Assembly: GCF_009914755.1 (NCBI RefSeq)
Contig: NC_060934.1
Strand: one strand, 5' to 3'
DNA from: the human T2T-CHM13v2.0 reference genome, Homo sapiens
Length of the DNA: 64,000 bases
The translations under genes and the position numbers were made by a program. Below are positions 1-13,040 of this stretch, piece after piece (position 1 is the first letter of the stretch; each line of letters begins with the position of its first letter). The notes under the pieces are model-generated. The model was not told the origin of the DNA. It did no database searches and was given only the letters and a program-made list of their open reading frames with translations.

Positions 1-1554
1 GGCGGTGTGTGCAGAGATGAACAGCTCTCAATTGGCAATAAAATCAAATTATCAGGTTCTTCCACTGGTTATCATGGTATGTATTATCATGGAAGTGAGA
101 GGTGGATGAGCTTTAAGGAGATTTTGAAAATTATGCAATGGGAGAAGGAGTTTTAATGTATTAATATATAAATCTTTCTCAAATCTTTACCTGGAGTTGA
201 GCTTACTTAATAACGTTGCCTATTATCAGGATGCCAGAGGGCAACATGAGGTTACCAAAGCTTCTTAGACCAAGGAATGTTCATGGAATACACAGCATGT
301 CTTGACCTCTGTAAGACATTGCCAAAGGCTTCCATGGTCTCCTCAATGAGCACTGTGGCCAGATTTTTAGGATATAGCATGTCTTGATTAATGGCTCTAG
401 AGTTCTCTAGAAGTTGACCACAGTGCACTGTTCTTGGATTTTTAGTGTTCAACTGATGACCTAAATAAAAACATATGCTATTCCCTGATCAAACTAACAC
501 CCCCAAATTTAGGCTTGACTTAAATTTGTAACAGTTAATGCTCTGCAAAGATGGTGCAGTCCCAGGAGAGAGTCAGTTCCCATTGCTGGACATCTTAAAA
601 GAGAGGCTGAATGAGGCGCCTGGTGGAGACACAGCCAAGGAGACTTAATGTATCTATGAGATTATGGGGCAAAACAATCTTTTAATTTTTTTTCTATTGT
701 GTGATTCAATTATTCTAAAATCTAAGACCATGAAAATCTGAAATGCAAATGCATATCACTTATTAATGGTTAAGAAAAGTAATGTTTGTTTGTTTATTAT
801 CCTTCCTTGGTTTTGCCTGTCCAAGGTGACACATGCCATATGTGTTCAATATGCTCAAAACCTGGATGAATAACTCAGAGGAGACAAGCTGACATTGGGG
901 GCGAGCCTCTAGGTTAAAAAGGTGAGAATGAGTCACAAATAGATGCCAAAATTGTATTTGCATGACAATGCTTAGATGAAGAAAATAGTCCAGAGGAAAA
1001 ATGACCTGTTTATTCTGATAGTTTAGAGAAAATATGACTTAGAAGGGCAGAAACTGGGCCTAAAATATACTTCCATTTTATTTTAAAGAACTCATAATGA
1101 GATGTTTTCTGGTATTTTTTTAAATGGAAATCTCCATGTCCTTTCAGACAAATAGAGAGCAAGGAGAGCTGTCTCTCTACAGACTTTAAAAAGGGACTCA
1201 CGTGCACATGTTTCTGTGGAAGCTGGTAAGCACACATCTGTGTGGGTTCTCAGATGGTCAAAATCCTTCCTGCCAGAATCAGTCTCAACCACTCAGAAAT
1301 TATTTAACATCTGCAATACTCTCCCCATTTTCCCTGCAAAATAATGCAAGCAAACAAACATAAAAGACATTGTCCCTATAATTTATCATCTCCCTAGTTC
1401 ATGACAGAAGAAATGCACCTAAATCACAGGTTGGCATACATCATGGCAGGCGTCATGGATGAGGAGTTGGAAGAACTAGGTTCTGTACAGGCTCCATGCT
1501 TTCATAGTTGTACATCCTTATCTGAGTCCCACATTCTTCATGAAGTCCCATTTG

Positions 1555-2115
1555 TAGAGGAAGGATTCTTGAAGGCTGAGATACTTGAGCTAAAGCCTGA
1601 AGGATGAGAAGGATTTAGCTATACAAAGAGGTTTTCAGGCAGACACATCAGCAGGTGCAAGGATCCTCAAGGAAGACAGTTTTGGGTTACACTCAAGGAA
1701 CTTAGAAAAGGCCGATGTGGCCATGGGTGAGACAAAGAGAAGGATGGGCTGGGTAAGTCAGAAGGAGCCAGATCAGGCAGAGCCTTCGTGCCACAGTAAG
1801 GAGGTTGGATTTTTCCCAAGCCATTTAGAAAGCAACAAAGGATTTAAGCAAGCAGAAATATGTCATGAGATATAATTTTTAAAGCTTTCTCAAGCTGTTA
1901 TATGGAGAAGAGGTTGTCATAGCATCAGGCAGTATAATAAGTAGGACAACCAGTTCAGTGGCAATTGAAGCTGTACAAGCAAGAATAAAGATTTCGGCTA
2001 GAAGGTTAGAAGGGAGAAGATGAAGACTGAGGTACATAGAGGTGGAGCTGAGAAGACTTGCAGCTAATGGCTGAGATGTTATTGTATGGATAATCCAAGG
2101 AAATATAAATGGGTT
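1555..2115 (-). mobile_element. L2 LINE fragment, ancient
   Basis: Purine-rich antisense L2 motifs such as 'cttgagctaaagcctgaaggatgag' and 'ccagatcaggcagagcctt'. Boundaries approximate. Confidence 0.7.
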
Positions 2116-2520
2116 TGAGAAACTCAGAAAATATATACAAATGTGAGGCATTGCTATTAATATAGCAAAATGTGTGGTTCAGGATATAAAAGGCTACTCT
2201 TTGTAGATACATGTGCTAAACTTACTCCTGAACATAAGGTAGGAAGCGTCACATATATACATTTACCTACCAGGCATCTGAGGGGCTCTGATGGGTCCTG
2301 TCTGAGGGCAAGCAAGGAAATCATCAGCAATACTGACTACTCCAATTACTTCTCACTGTAGTTCGTCCACCATGGCCAGGCTAGAGTTTCTCCTTTTGAG
2401 ACAGAGCTGTCCTTGTATTCCTGGGCAGCATCTTGAACTCACTAGTGCCATGCTGATTCCATGATTAGTTGCCAGGAAAAGCATTCCCATCCCCTACCCA
2501 GTAGGCTACCTAGGACATTC

Positions 2521-2809
<289 letters not shown>

Positions 2810-3811
2810 TAAAGATATTTCTGACAGCCTTCCCACTTTTACAGGGCATTGAGACTTGCAAAAGATGCATCCATAAAGCCAAAATAGCCAAGCAGTTTTG
2901 GAAGCCCCAAATCAAACCATTTATGTGGCATTATACAGAAAAAATTAAATGGTTCATTATCTGAATTTTTTTTATCTTTCAGCTGTAAGGATGGGTCTTA
3001 TTTAGACACAGCCAAAATTACTGCTCTATAAAGAGCTTAGGGCTACCCTGACTCGGAAAGATCTATATAAAACTCAGTTCTATTTCCAAGGCTGCTACAG
3101 ATCCAAAATAAACCATCAGCAGTCTGTACATTCATTTATATATACATACTGTACCTTCTCTAACTGAAAATATTTCACACAGCAGATTGAATTCAATATG
3201 CTTTCCCTGAAGATGCTATTATGAAGAGCAAAAGTGCTATTACCTGAAATTTAAACAGATAAGTTATTAATTGCAGTGTTTTTATAGCCTCCGCATTCTC
3301 TCCACTGATGATTCTCTTAACCTTTCCAATTACAAAAACGATCCAATAAGTATCCTAGTTTAATTAGAAAATATGTGCTCAAATCCTTATATTTTTGGCA
3401 GATTGCATTCACCACTCAGAAATTAATGTCCAGGGAAAGTGTCTTTCCAATATTTCAGGTGTACTCTGGATCAGTAAAGATATTGATACTTTCTAGATAT
3501 TGTAAAGCAGAAAATAGATATTAGCATAAAATGAGCAATGTAGAATGCCTTTTAAATTGAATAGGTACTTTTTTCTGTTAAATCAGGAAAGACCTTAAAA
3601 TTATATTCCCTTTTAAATTTTTTAATTATATAAATAATACATTTTCAATGTAGGGAAATGGTAAGATATAGATGGGCAGTGGTCTTACCTATATCCTTCC
3701 AGATATTTCCCTCTGGATAGACATGTATATTTTGTTACAATAATTCCTGCACCTCAAAAACAATACAAACAGTAAAAATGAGATTGTATTAGCCTTATTA
3801 ACTGTTGCAGA

Positions 3812-4640
3812 GGTGCTAATTTATATACAAATCTATGTGCATTCATTTCAATTTTGACTTTTAAATTTAAATTGATACGATCAAAATAATACTACAAGTT
3901 TCCACGTGAAGCAGCAGCAGTTTCAGAATAATTCAAAACTTGATTCAGGCATGCTGCTGATAAAAAAAAAAAAAAAAACATGTACCTTTTTTTTCATTAG
4001 AATATGCAGCTTTCTACTACTGCATTCTTCGAAGAGAAGAATATTCTGCCGGTTTGGCCACAAGCTCTTCACGTATAGACAGTTACTCCTTAGTAAACTC
4101 TTCATTCATCCTGGTGTTCTTGAAAATATTCCTCAAACATAGAAGAAGATTCATTTTCATATTCCTTTGGTTATTTAAATGTTGAATCTTCTCCACATTG
4201 AATGGCTAAATCAATATGCTATAATACAATGTTCATACTTTCTTCATCTGACTGATCATAAGGTAAGAAGAGAACTATGCTGCAGTCATCAGCCCACATA
4301 CAACTTTAGTTACTTTTTTGAATTCTTTGCTTCTTAAGCCACTTGTAGAATCATCAAATAAGGAATCCATGTCTAGATCTAGAAACTTACAGTTTCCTTT
4401 TTAGCTTTTTTACTCTGCAGCTACATTTTGATCACGATGTTAACTTGCGGAATTTATAGAGAGAGCATGGCACTCAGGACTGCCAAGATGCCAGAAATAC
4501 ACTTGAATGACTCCACCATGAACTGAGGATCAACAAGAAAAACTCCATAGACTCGGAAACTCCACTGCTCGAGCTGCAGGACCAGCTGCTTCATCACAGT
4601 CAGGTGAATGTACAACTCAGTCCAAGCTGGACAATCAAAG
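3812..4640 (-). pseudogene. GPN3: Processed pseudogene of GPN-loop GTPase 3 (5'-truncated; C-terminal CDS plus 3'UTR)
   Basis: Minus-strand translation gives [80 protein letters not shown]...[27 protein letters not shown]...SSSMFEEYFQEHQDE*. This matches GPN3 as I recall it ([29 protein letters not shown]...[28 protein letters not shown]...EYFQECQDE). It is contiguous with no introns. Premature stops at 4454-4456 and 4421-4423, frameshifts, and the native TGA at 4102-4104. The symbol names the parent gene. Confidence 0.95.
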
Positions 4641-4809
4641 CTGGCAAGGGTATTACCAATTACTAATGGGATTGTAATTGTCCTAGTCCTTTTGAAAGCA
4701 ATTAAACAATATGAATCAAAAGCAATACAAAGGTTCATACCTTTTACACACCTTTATGCTCAATTTATGAAATTATAGACTAACCAAATGTTCCAAAAAT
4801 ATGGAAAAA

Positions 4810-5050
4810 TTATATGCATGAAGCAGCACCTCGGATCATTATTCATAACCGTAAAGTATTGGAAAAAACCTACAGCGCCAACAATAGAAAAGTGAAAAAT
4901 GAAATTACAGAGCATCCACTCAAATATTGTCAAGCCTTTTTAAAATTATGGTTATAAAGACTGTGCAAAGGCATGAATAATGCTCATGACATATTAAATA
5001 GTGACTCAAGCTTTATAATTATTTGTCTAATGATTTCAATAAAATATAAA
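4810..5050 (+). mobile_element. Old L1M (L1ME-like) 3' fragment
   Basis: 'ttattcataaccgtaaagtattggaaaaaacctacagcgccaacaatag' resembles the L1 3' region; highly diverged. Confidence 0.5.
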
Positions 5051-5135
5051 AAGAGAATACTCACTATTACTAAGACCGACTGTCTAAACTAGGTTGCAAT
5101 TTTTAATCAAGAGAGTGGCAGACAGAGTATATGTG

Positions 5136-5557
5136 TGATATGGTTTGTATCTGTGTCCCCACCAAATCTTGTGTCCCTATAATCCCCAGTGTTGGAGGTG
5201 GGGCCTGGTGGAAGGTGACTGGATCATGGGGGTGGATCCTTCATATATGGTTTGGCACCATCCCTTGGGTGCTGTTCTCATGACAGAGTTCTCACAAGAT
5301 CTGGTTGTTTAAAATTCTGTGTCACCTGCCTAGCCTGCCACTCCACCTCTTCTTGCTCCTGCTCTGGCCATGTAAGATGTGCCTGCTTCCCCTTCACCTT
5401 CTGCCATAATCGTAAGTTTCCTAAGGCCTCCCAAGAAGCAGATGCTGCCATACTTCCTGTATAACCTACAGAACTGTGAGTCAATTAAACATCTTTTCTT
5501 TATAAATTACTCAGTCTCAGGTATTTCTTTATGGCAGTGCAAGAACAGACGAATGCA
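5136..5557 (+). mobile_element. MST-type (MSTA-like) MaLR solo LTR
   Basis: TGATATGGTTTG...GAATGCA termini; 5-bp TSD ATGTG at 5131-5135 and 5558-5562. Confidence 0.92.
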
Positions 5558-6561
5558 ATGTGCATAGACGTTTCCAAGACCTTGGAATGTATTATGTGAA
5601 GGCATATTATTAGTCAGCGAAGTAGAACCACTAGAAGTAATATAGATTAAAGGATTTGTTATAGGGGTTAGATTTTTACAAAACTATGTTGCTGGTGGAG
5701 AAGTCTGTGCAAGGCTGTTGTCTCTGTGTCTGATGTTGAACCTGAAGTCACTATAGAATAGCCAGCCAGCAATTGGTAGGAAAGCCTGAGTAGATGAGGG
5801 CAAGGACATACTAGAAGCTGAAAGGACAAGCGAGTGCTTGAGGACAAACTTGACCCAAGTCCCTTGGCTTGGGCTTTCTGTCACTTGCAATCTAAGGAGT
5901 TCTAACTGATAAAAGTAGATCAGTCTTGGCCTTGGAATAATAAGTCTGATTATGTTATAGAAACTTCACTATGACTCCACCTAGCATTAAAACCCATGGA
6001 GCTGAGTGACTGACAACCCCTTCCAGAGACCAAATGGGCAGAATCTGGGAAAAACTGGGAAGACCAAAGGAATTAAAGACTGCAGCATGGAGGAGAAAGC
6101 AAGAATAGGAACCTTGAAAAGTGGCAATTTAGTAACCTTGAGGCTCTAGATCGAAGACTCTTCATGGCCATCAAGAAACCTGGAATCTGCTGAATGGAGT
6201 GTAGAAGTCACTCTCTAATCTCCACCTTCTATGCGTTCTCTGTGGGTTAGCAAGTAGAATGGAAACTTAACCCTTGGTGAAAAGCTGCTTTGTGCATTCT
6301 TCTAGACTCTATCTGTGTTTTTGGCCCACGAGGATAGGCATGGTACTGGGGTAAAACATTGTGGTGACAACTAAGGCTAAGTGTTGACTGATACAGCCAT
6401 TACCTACTGCAGTGTACATGCCTCCAATTTACATTTGTTTGAAAATTCCTATATAAAGAAACTAAGTAAACAAAGCACAGGTCTTGATAAATTCACAGTT
6501 GTGTGTCTATACTGCCTTCATATCCAGTTGAAAAATGGTCAACACATCATAAATGATTTCA

Positions 6562-6870
6562 TGCTGGACACAGTAGCTCATGTCCATAATCCCAGCACTT
6601 AGGGAGGCTGAGGTGGGAGGATTACTTGAAGCCAGGTGTTTAAGATCATCCTGGGCAATAGAGGCTGATCCCTGTCTGTACAAAAAATAAAAAATTAGCT
6701 GAGCATGGTGGTGCACACCTACAGTCCCAGCTCTTGGGAGGGTGAAGCAGGAGGATCTCTAGAACCCAGGAGTCGAAGGCTGCAGTGAGCTATGATTGTG
6801 CTACTACACTGCAGCCTGGGCAACAGAGCTAGGCTCTGTCTCTAAAAATAAAAAAATAAAATAAATTTAA
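6562..6870 (+). mobile_element. AluJ-type SINE
   Basis: Sense Alu dimer with A-rich linker and tail; 'aggctgcagtgagctatgatt'. Confidence 0.92.
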
Positions 6871-7375
6871 AAAGAAAGGAAGAAGAAGAAAAAGAAAAAA
6901 TGATGTAGCAGAATTTTCCCTGCCAAATCCACCAGTTAATAACCTATTGTTATATCTTGAAAGTTATGTTGGGATTATTTCCTTCTGAAATGGACTTCCT
7001 TCCATTCCACCTTCTATCCCTGTGTATTTTTGTTCACCAAGACTCTTATGAGAAAATTCTACTACAAATATGCCATTGTTGGGGAGAGAAAAGCTTTCAC
7101 CTCAGACTCTCTAAAACACCTGCTTATGTCTGCCCACCCCTCTGAGAAGTAAACATGATTTGTAAATAAAAGCCACCCTGGGGCTCACATGAGATCAAAA
7201 TTTATCTCCACAGTTTTCATGTTATGTTATTATCCTAATGTTGCCTTAAGACTCTCAAAAATAACACTTTAAAAGATCCACATTTCTCATATCTAAAGGA
7301 AGTTTGTTATTCCTTTGTTTGCACCCTACCTTGTTAGAAAAAGGATTGGAGGAAGCTTTCTGTGATACAAAAGAT

Positions 7376-7390
7376 AGAAAGAAAGAAGGA

Positions 7391-7462
<72 letters not shown>

Positions 7463-7572
7463 GAAGGAAGGAAGGAAAGAAAGAGAAAGGGAAAGAGAGA
7501 GAGGGAGAGAGAGAGAAAGAAAAAGGAAGGAAGGGAGAGAGAGAAAGAAAGAAAAAAGGAAGGAGGGAAGGA

Positions 7573-7632
<60 letters not shown>

Positions 7633-7681
7633 AAAAGAAAGAAAAGAAAAGAAAGAAAAAGAAAGAAAGAAAGAAAAAGGA
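7376..7681 (+). repeat. (GAAA)n / GA-rich compound microsatellite; 306-nt pure purine tract
   Basis: No C or T between 7376 and 7681. Two long (GAAA)n blocks flank a GGAA/GAGA core. Confidence 0.98.
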
Positions 7682-8502
7682 TCAGATCAGGTCAGAGAAA
7701 AAACAATGGTTAAAAAAATAACTTGTCACTAGGGTAAGAATAACATGCATAATGCATTTTTTAATGTCCTGATAAACTGAGCTGTATATTTGTTTCATAA
7801 CTCCCCAGCTTCCACAGCAAAAATAGAGAACTGATAATTATCACTATTTTTATTCTTTATGGTTGCTCAGGGGGAAAATTTTTAAAGGGGACATTACTGG
7901 AATAAGGTTACCCTTCTGTCACTCACATTTGATTACTCATAGACTTTTCTATTTGAAGACGCATTAAGGAAAATTTTCCTTGCAAACAAATGTTGTCAAA
8001 TGAATTGACCAACATGCATACCTGCCAAGTGCCCAGCATCCTCAAGTACCTATAGGACATTAACTCCAGTAGCCTGTGTAGCAAAGTAGAATAAAAATAA
8101 AGTTACTGGGAATTCAGGATTGATAATATCTCTGATTTGTATATTTCTGCAGCAGTCAGTCTCTTTCAAAATATGGGAACAGCAAGTTAAAATAAACTGT
8201 CTTATTGGCAGAACAGAGTGTGATCATGAGATACTATTCAGCTTTTATGCTGATTCATCAGCTCACAGTGAAACGAGCTTGCATGAGAGCATCCCAGGAC
8301 CACTGAACATTCAGAGGTATGTCCTCGCATCTTAATTTTTTTAAGGTAAAATGAGATTTTCATAGAATAAGGATACAGCTGATAAATAGCAAGTCTAAAA
8401 TTACATATACACTAGCCTACATTTAAGAATATCTTGGCTAATTATTCCTAAGTCATTGATGTTTTTGTTTGTCTTTGTTTTTTACTATTTATTTCCTTTG
8501 CT

Positions 8503-8660
8503 TTACAGCTTTATTGAGTCATAATTGATGTAAATAAACCATCCATATTTAAAGTGTATTATTGATGAGTTTTTACATAATATACTTCCATGAAACCATC
8601 TTCAGTCAATGTAATGAAACTTTATATCACTCTCAGAACTTTCTCTTACCTCTTTCACAC
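8503..8660 (-). mobile_element. Old L1M 3'-end fragment
   Basis: 'cagctttattgagtcataattgatgtaaataaaccatccatatttaaagtgta' is a typical antisense L1MB/MC 3' terminus. Confidence 0.7.
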
Positions 8661-10677
8661 TCTAATTATTGTTTTTAACCTGCCTGTTCCTATTATATAG
8701 CAAATAATTTGCTTTTTAGAATCAAGATCATTATGATGCAATGAATATTTATCATTTGCTCTTTTGAACTGTGTTTGATGATTCTGTGACTTTTGTAGGT
8801 ATCACAAAAGGGATTTACTTTCATGCAGAAAACTTAGGCTCAGCAAATGAATCCATATTTACGAATTTATGATGGGCTGAAATGGTAGGAAGAACTGGCC
8901 AGTCAATCTTGGACAAGAGTAGAACATTTAAAATGAAGTGGAGGTGATGGTAATGGGGGTGGGGTTGTACCACTTCAGTATAAGGAAACTGCAAAGGAAA
9001 AAAAACCCACCTGATTACTATGGCGGGGGTCGGTTCATCATTACATCATGAAAGGGGCAAATAGTTTAGAATATGCTAGGGGCTGGTGAAGAATTAAAGA
9101 AAAAAAGAGGGAAGAATGAAAGGGGGTAAGGGAAGAAGGGGAAAAGGGAAGGAACAAATAAGATATTAAGAGTAAAGGGAAAAAGACAAACAGAGAATAC
9201 TGCAGTAGGGCTTTGAGCTAAAAGACATACAGTGACTTTTGTGATAAAGAAACCAAAGAAGGTCGTGAAATGGGTATCCAAAAAAAAAAAAAAAACGGGC
9301 AGCCTGTGGCGCTGCGGCTGGATAAAGAACATCAGGGACAGGAAGGCTGTAATAAGATTCCACCACCATCTCTGCCCATCACTAGGGCTGGAGGCAGAGA
9401 AAAACTTCCCCTACTCAAGAAAAAGAAGCTATTTTTGTCAAGTTAAATGAGCCTGAACCTGCAGAGCTGAATTGGCAGATGAATATTGCTAATTGGTGCA
9501 GTTTCTTCGGTGCAGGAAAGAGTTTCCAATCAGACCGGCAATTCATCGGCCACATGAAGGTAATTTATTAATAAAAATGAACTGAAGTTTCAGAATCCTT
9601 GATAATGATGAGCTCATGGTCCTTCACCTCCCTTCCCTTCCCTAGAAAGAACACCCTACAACAATGATGCCTCAGTGATATCTTCTCCAGCCCATTCCAT
9701 ATGTGGCAACATTTCAAGTGGTTTTTTTTTTTCATTAGGAATTTCTACATTTAGTTGTCAAATCAAGCTGCTCTAAATGCCTAATTCTGATTCTCCCTTC
9801 ATCAACAGACTTTTTGAGGAGTTCCTGATTCAAAGTAACCAGGAAAGTCTGCTAACTGCAGCTTAATTCTGAAAAGTGAAGGGGAAAACAAAACAGGAGA
9901 AACAGTCTCCCTTTAAAAAAAAATTAACTTTATTTTTCAGTTTAATAAATTTGACAAATGTATCCTCCTATGTAACCATAACCACATTAAGACATGGAGA
10001 ATTGACCTCACCCCAAAGAATTCTGGTTTTCTTTGCAGTAACCACTCTCCCCAGCCCTGGTCATAGACAGCCATTGGTCTCCTTTCTGTCATTGTAGATT
10101 AGTATTGCCTTTTCTAGAATTCCATATAAATGAAGTTATCTGATGGCTTTTTAAAAAGTCAGTTGAACGTTTTTTGAGATTCAATCTGTGTTGCTGTACA
10201 TCATTAGTCCATGCTTTTCATGGCTGAGTAGTATTCTATTATATAAACGTACTCCAATATGTGTATCCATGGGCATTTGGGTTGTTTCTGTTTTAGCCCA
10301 TTAAAAATCAGATGGCTATGGGTATTAGTGTCCACGTATTTGTGTGGACATATGTTCTCATTTCTCTTGGGTAAATGCCTGGGGGTGGGATTGCTGTGTC
10401 ATATAGTAAGTGTATTTTTAACTTTATAAGAAACCATCAGCTGTTTTCCAAACTGACTGTACCACTTTACATTTCCATCAGTAATGCCTGAGATTTCTAG
10501 TTGCTCCAAACCAGAGCCACTGAAATGGGTATAAAGTGGTATCTCATTGTTTTAATCACATTTTCCTAATGACTAGTAATGTTAAGTGTTTTTTCATGTG
10601 TTTATTGGCCATTTGTGAATTTCTTTTTGTGAAATGTTTGCAAAATCTTATGCCCATTTTTAAAAATAGGGCCATTT

Positions 10678-11421
10678 TGTAACTGTCCAATGGGTTCTCC
10701 TTGCCTGCTGCCCAAGTAAAGGTGATTTATCAAGGAGTTTATCCTTTGCATGCCCAGGTAAAGGAATTGCAGTAGAGAGGGCTTAATTCACTCAGAGCCA
10801 CCTGAATGGGAGACTGGAGTTTTACTACTCAAATCAGTCTCCCTGAAAATTTTGAGACCGGGGTTTTTAAAGGATAATTTGGCAGACAGGAGGCCAGGGA
10901 CTGGAGAGTGCTGATTGGTTAGGTCAGAGATGAAATCACAGGGGATCGAAGTGGGTTTTTCTTGTTGTCTTCTGTTCCTGGGTGGGATTGCAGAACTGGT
11001 AGAGCCAGATTACTGGTCTGGGTGCTAGCTGGTGGATCAGAATGCAGGGTCTGGAAAATATCTCGAGCACCAGTCTTAGGTTTTACAATAGTGATCTTAT
11101 CCCTAGGAGCAATTGGGGAGATTCAGCATCTTGTGGCCTCTGGCTGTATGACTCCAGAACATAATTTCTAATCTTGTGGCTAATATATTACTCCTATAAA
11201 GGCAGTCTGGTCCCCAGGCAAGATGGGAGTTGATTTTGGGAAAGGGCTGTTATCTTTGTTTCAAAGTTAAACTATAAACTAAGTTCCTTCCAAAGTTAGT
11301 TCAGCCTATGACCAGGAATGAACAAGGGCAGCTTGGAGTTTAGAAGCTAGATGGAATCAGGTTAGATTTCTCTCAGCGTCATAATTTTCTCACTGTTATA
11401 ATTTTTACAAAGGTAGTTTCA
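10678..11421 (-). mobile_element. LTR8-family (LTR8A/B-like) ERV1 solo LTR
   Basis: The reverse complement begins TGAAACTACCTTTGTAAAAATTATAACAGTGAG and contains AGGCTGAACTAACTTTGGAAGGAACTTAGTTTATAG. Near-TSD ATTT/ATTG (4 bp). Confidence 0.88.
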
Positions 11422-11480
11422 ATTGGTCTTATTATTGAGTTGTGAGAGTTCTTTATATATTATATATTATATATTCTTTC

Positions 11481-11645
11481 TTTTTTTTTTTTTTTTTTGA
11501 GTCAGGGTCTTGCTCTCTCACCCAGGCTAGAGTACAGTGGTGCAATCATGGCTCACTGCAGCCTCAAACTCCGGAGCTCAAGGGTTCCTCCCACCTCAGC
11601 CTCCTGAAGTGTTAGAGTTACAGGCATGAACCATGGTGCTTGGAC
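11481..11645 (-). mobile_element. FRAM-like free right Alu monomer
   Basis: Single antisense right monomer with a T tail; TSD ATATATTCTTT at 11469-11479 and 11647-11657. Confidence 0.85.
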
Positions 11646-12035
11646 AATATATTCTTTGGTCTCTTTCATGTAACTGAATTTAAAATTTTGATGAAGTTCA
11701 GTTTCTCCATTTTTTGTAGTTTGTCCTTTGTGTGGCCTGAAAAGCTTTGCCTACCCCATAATTGTGAAGATCATTGTCTATAATTTCTTTTAGAAGTTTT
11801 ATGGTTTCAGCTTTTAAACTTAGACCTATACTCCATTCTGAGTAAATTTTTGCATGTGACATGAGGAACTCATTGAGGTTCTTTTTATTTAATCAATGTC
11901 TATTCAATTATTTGGGCACTGTTTATTGGAAAGACCATCCTAACTGAATTACCTTGCTGCCTTTATAAACAATGAGTTGACCTGTGGTCTACAGGTCTAT
12001 CTGTATGCAAATACTGCATTATCTTGATTACTGTT

Positions 12036-12456
12036 TGCATTAGTCAGTTCTAATTAGTCAGTTGGCTGCCAAAAGAAATACTTGAGACTGGCTATTTATA
12101 AAGAAAAGAGCTTTAATTGGCTCATGACTCTTCAGGCTGTACAGGAAGCATAGCGGCTTCTGCTACTGGAGAGGCCTCAAGAAACTGAAAATCATCATGG
12201 AAGGCCAAGGGGAAGCAGGCTCATCTTACACGGCCAGAGCAGGAGCAAGAAGGGAGGAGGGGAGGTGCCACACACTTTTAAACAACCAGATCTTGTGAGA
12301 ACTCACTCACTATACAGTACCAAGTGGGGATGGTGCTAAACCATTCATGAGACCTTCTCCCCAAGATCCAGTCATCTCCCACTAGGCCCCATCTCCAACA
12401 CTGGGGATTACAATTCAACATGAGATTTGGTGGGGACACATGTCCAAACCGTATCA
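12036..12456 (-). mobile_element. MST-type MaLR solo LTR
   Basis: TGCATTAGTC...CCAAACCGTATCA termini; TSD CTGTT at 12031-12035 and 12457-12461. Confidence 0.92.
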
Positions 12457-13040
12457 CTGTTACCATACAGGACATCTTGAAATCAGATGGTTATATCTTG
12501 AATTTTTATTCTTTTTTTAACTCAAAATTATTTTGACTATTCTATGTTCTATGTTCTTAGCATTTCTGTATAAATTTTAGGGTCAATTTGCCAATTTCTA
12601 CATCAGAAGACCGTTGGGATTTTGATTAGCATATCGTTCAACCTATAGACCAATTTGAGTAGAATTGACATCTTAACATATTGAGTTTCTTGTTCCATGA
12701 ACATAGTATATATCTACACTTGTTTATGTTATCTTTAATTTCTTTCAACATGTTTTGAAGTTTTTAAAGCACAGATCTTGCAAATATTTTATTCTTAAAT
12801 AGCTCATATTTTTAGATAATATGCTAAATAGTGTAGTTGATCACATTTTATTTTCCAATTATTATTACCAGTATATAGAAGCACAACATAGTTCTTATAT
12901 TAAATTGAACCCTATGACTTTGCCAAGGTCATTCGTTCTAGTAGATTTTTGAAGTTTTCTTATGATTTTCTATATAAATGATCATGATGTATACAAAGAT
13001 ATACATTTTTATTTCTTTCTACAACTGTATGCATTTTATT

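Noticed and set aside
612-630. GGCGCCTGGTGG as a reverse-strand CTCF site
   Set aside because: The reverse complement CCACCAGGCGCCTC lacks the GGC at the required core positions.
4454-4738. 94-aa ORF as a functional GPN3-like protein
   Set aside because: The N-terminal third is unrelated flank, the G3 motif is mutated (DCPAW), the P-loop is absent and the ORF ends at a premature stop.
5600-6380. Possible old ERVL-type LTR fragments
   Set aside because: The composition is suggestive, but I could not assign a family or termini with confidence.
7304-7732. 142-aa and 119-aa K/E/R-rich ORFs
   Set aside because: These are translations of the (GAAA)n tract. A purine-only sequence cannot contain a stop codon.
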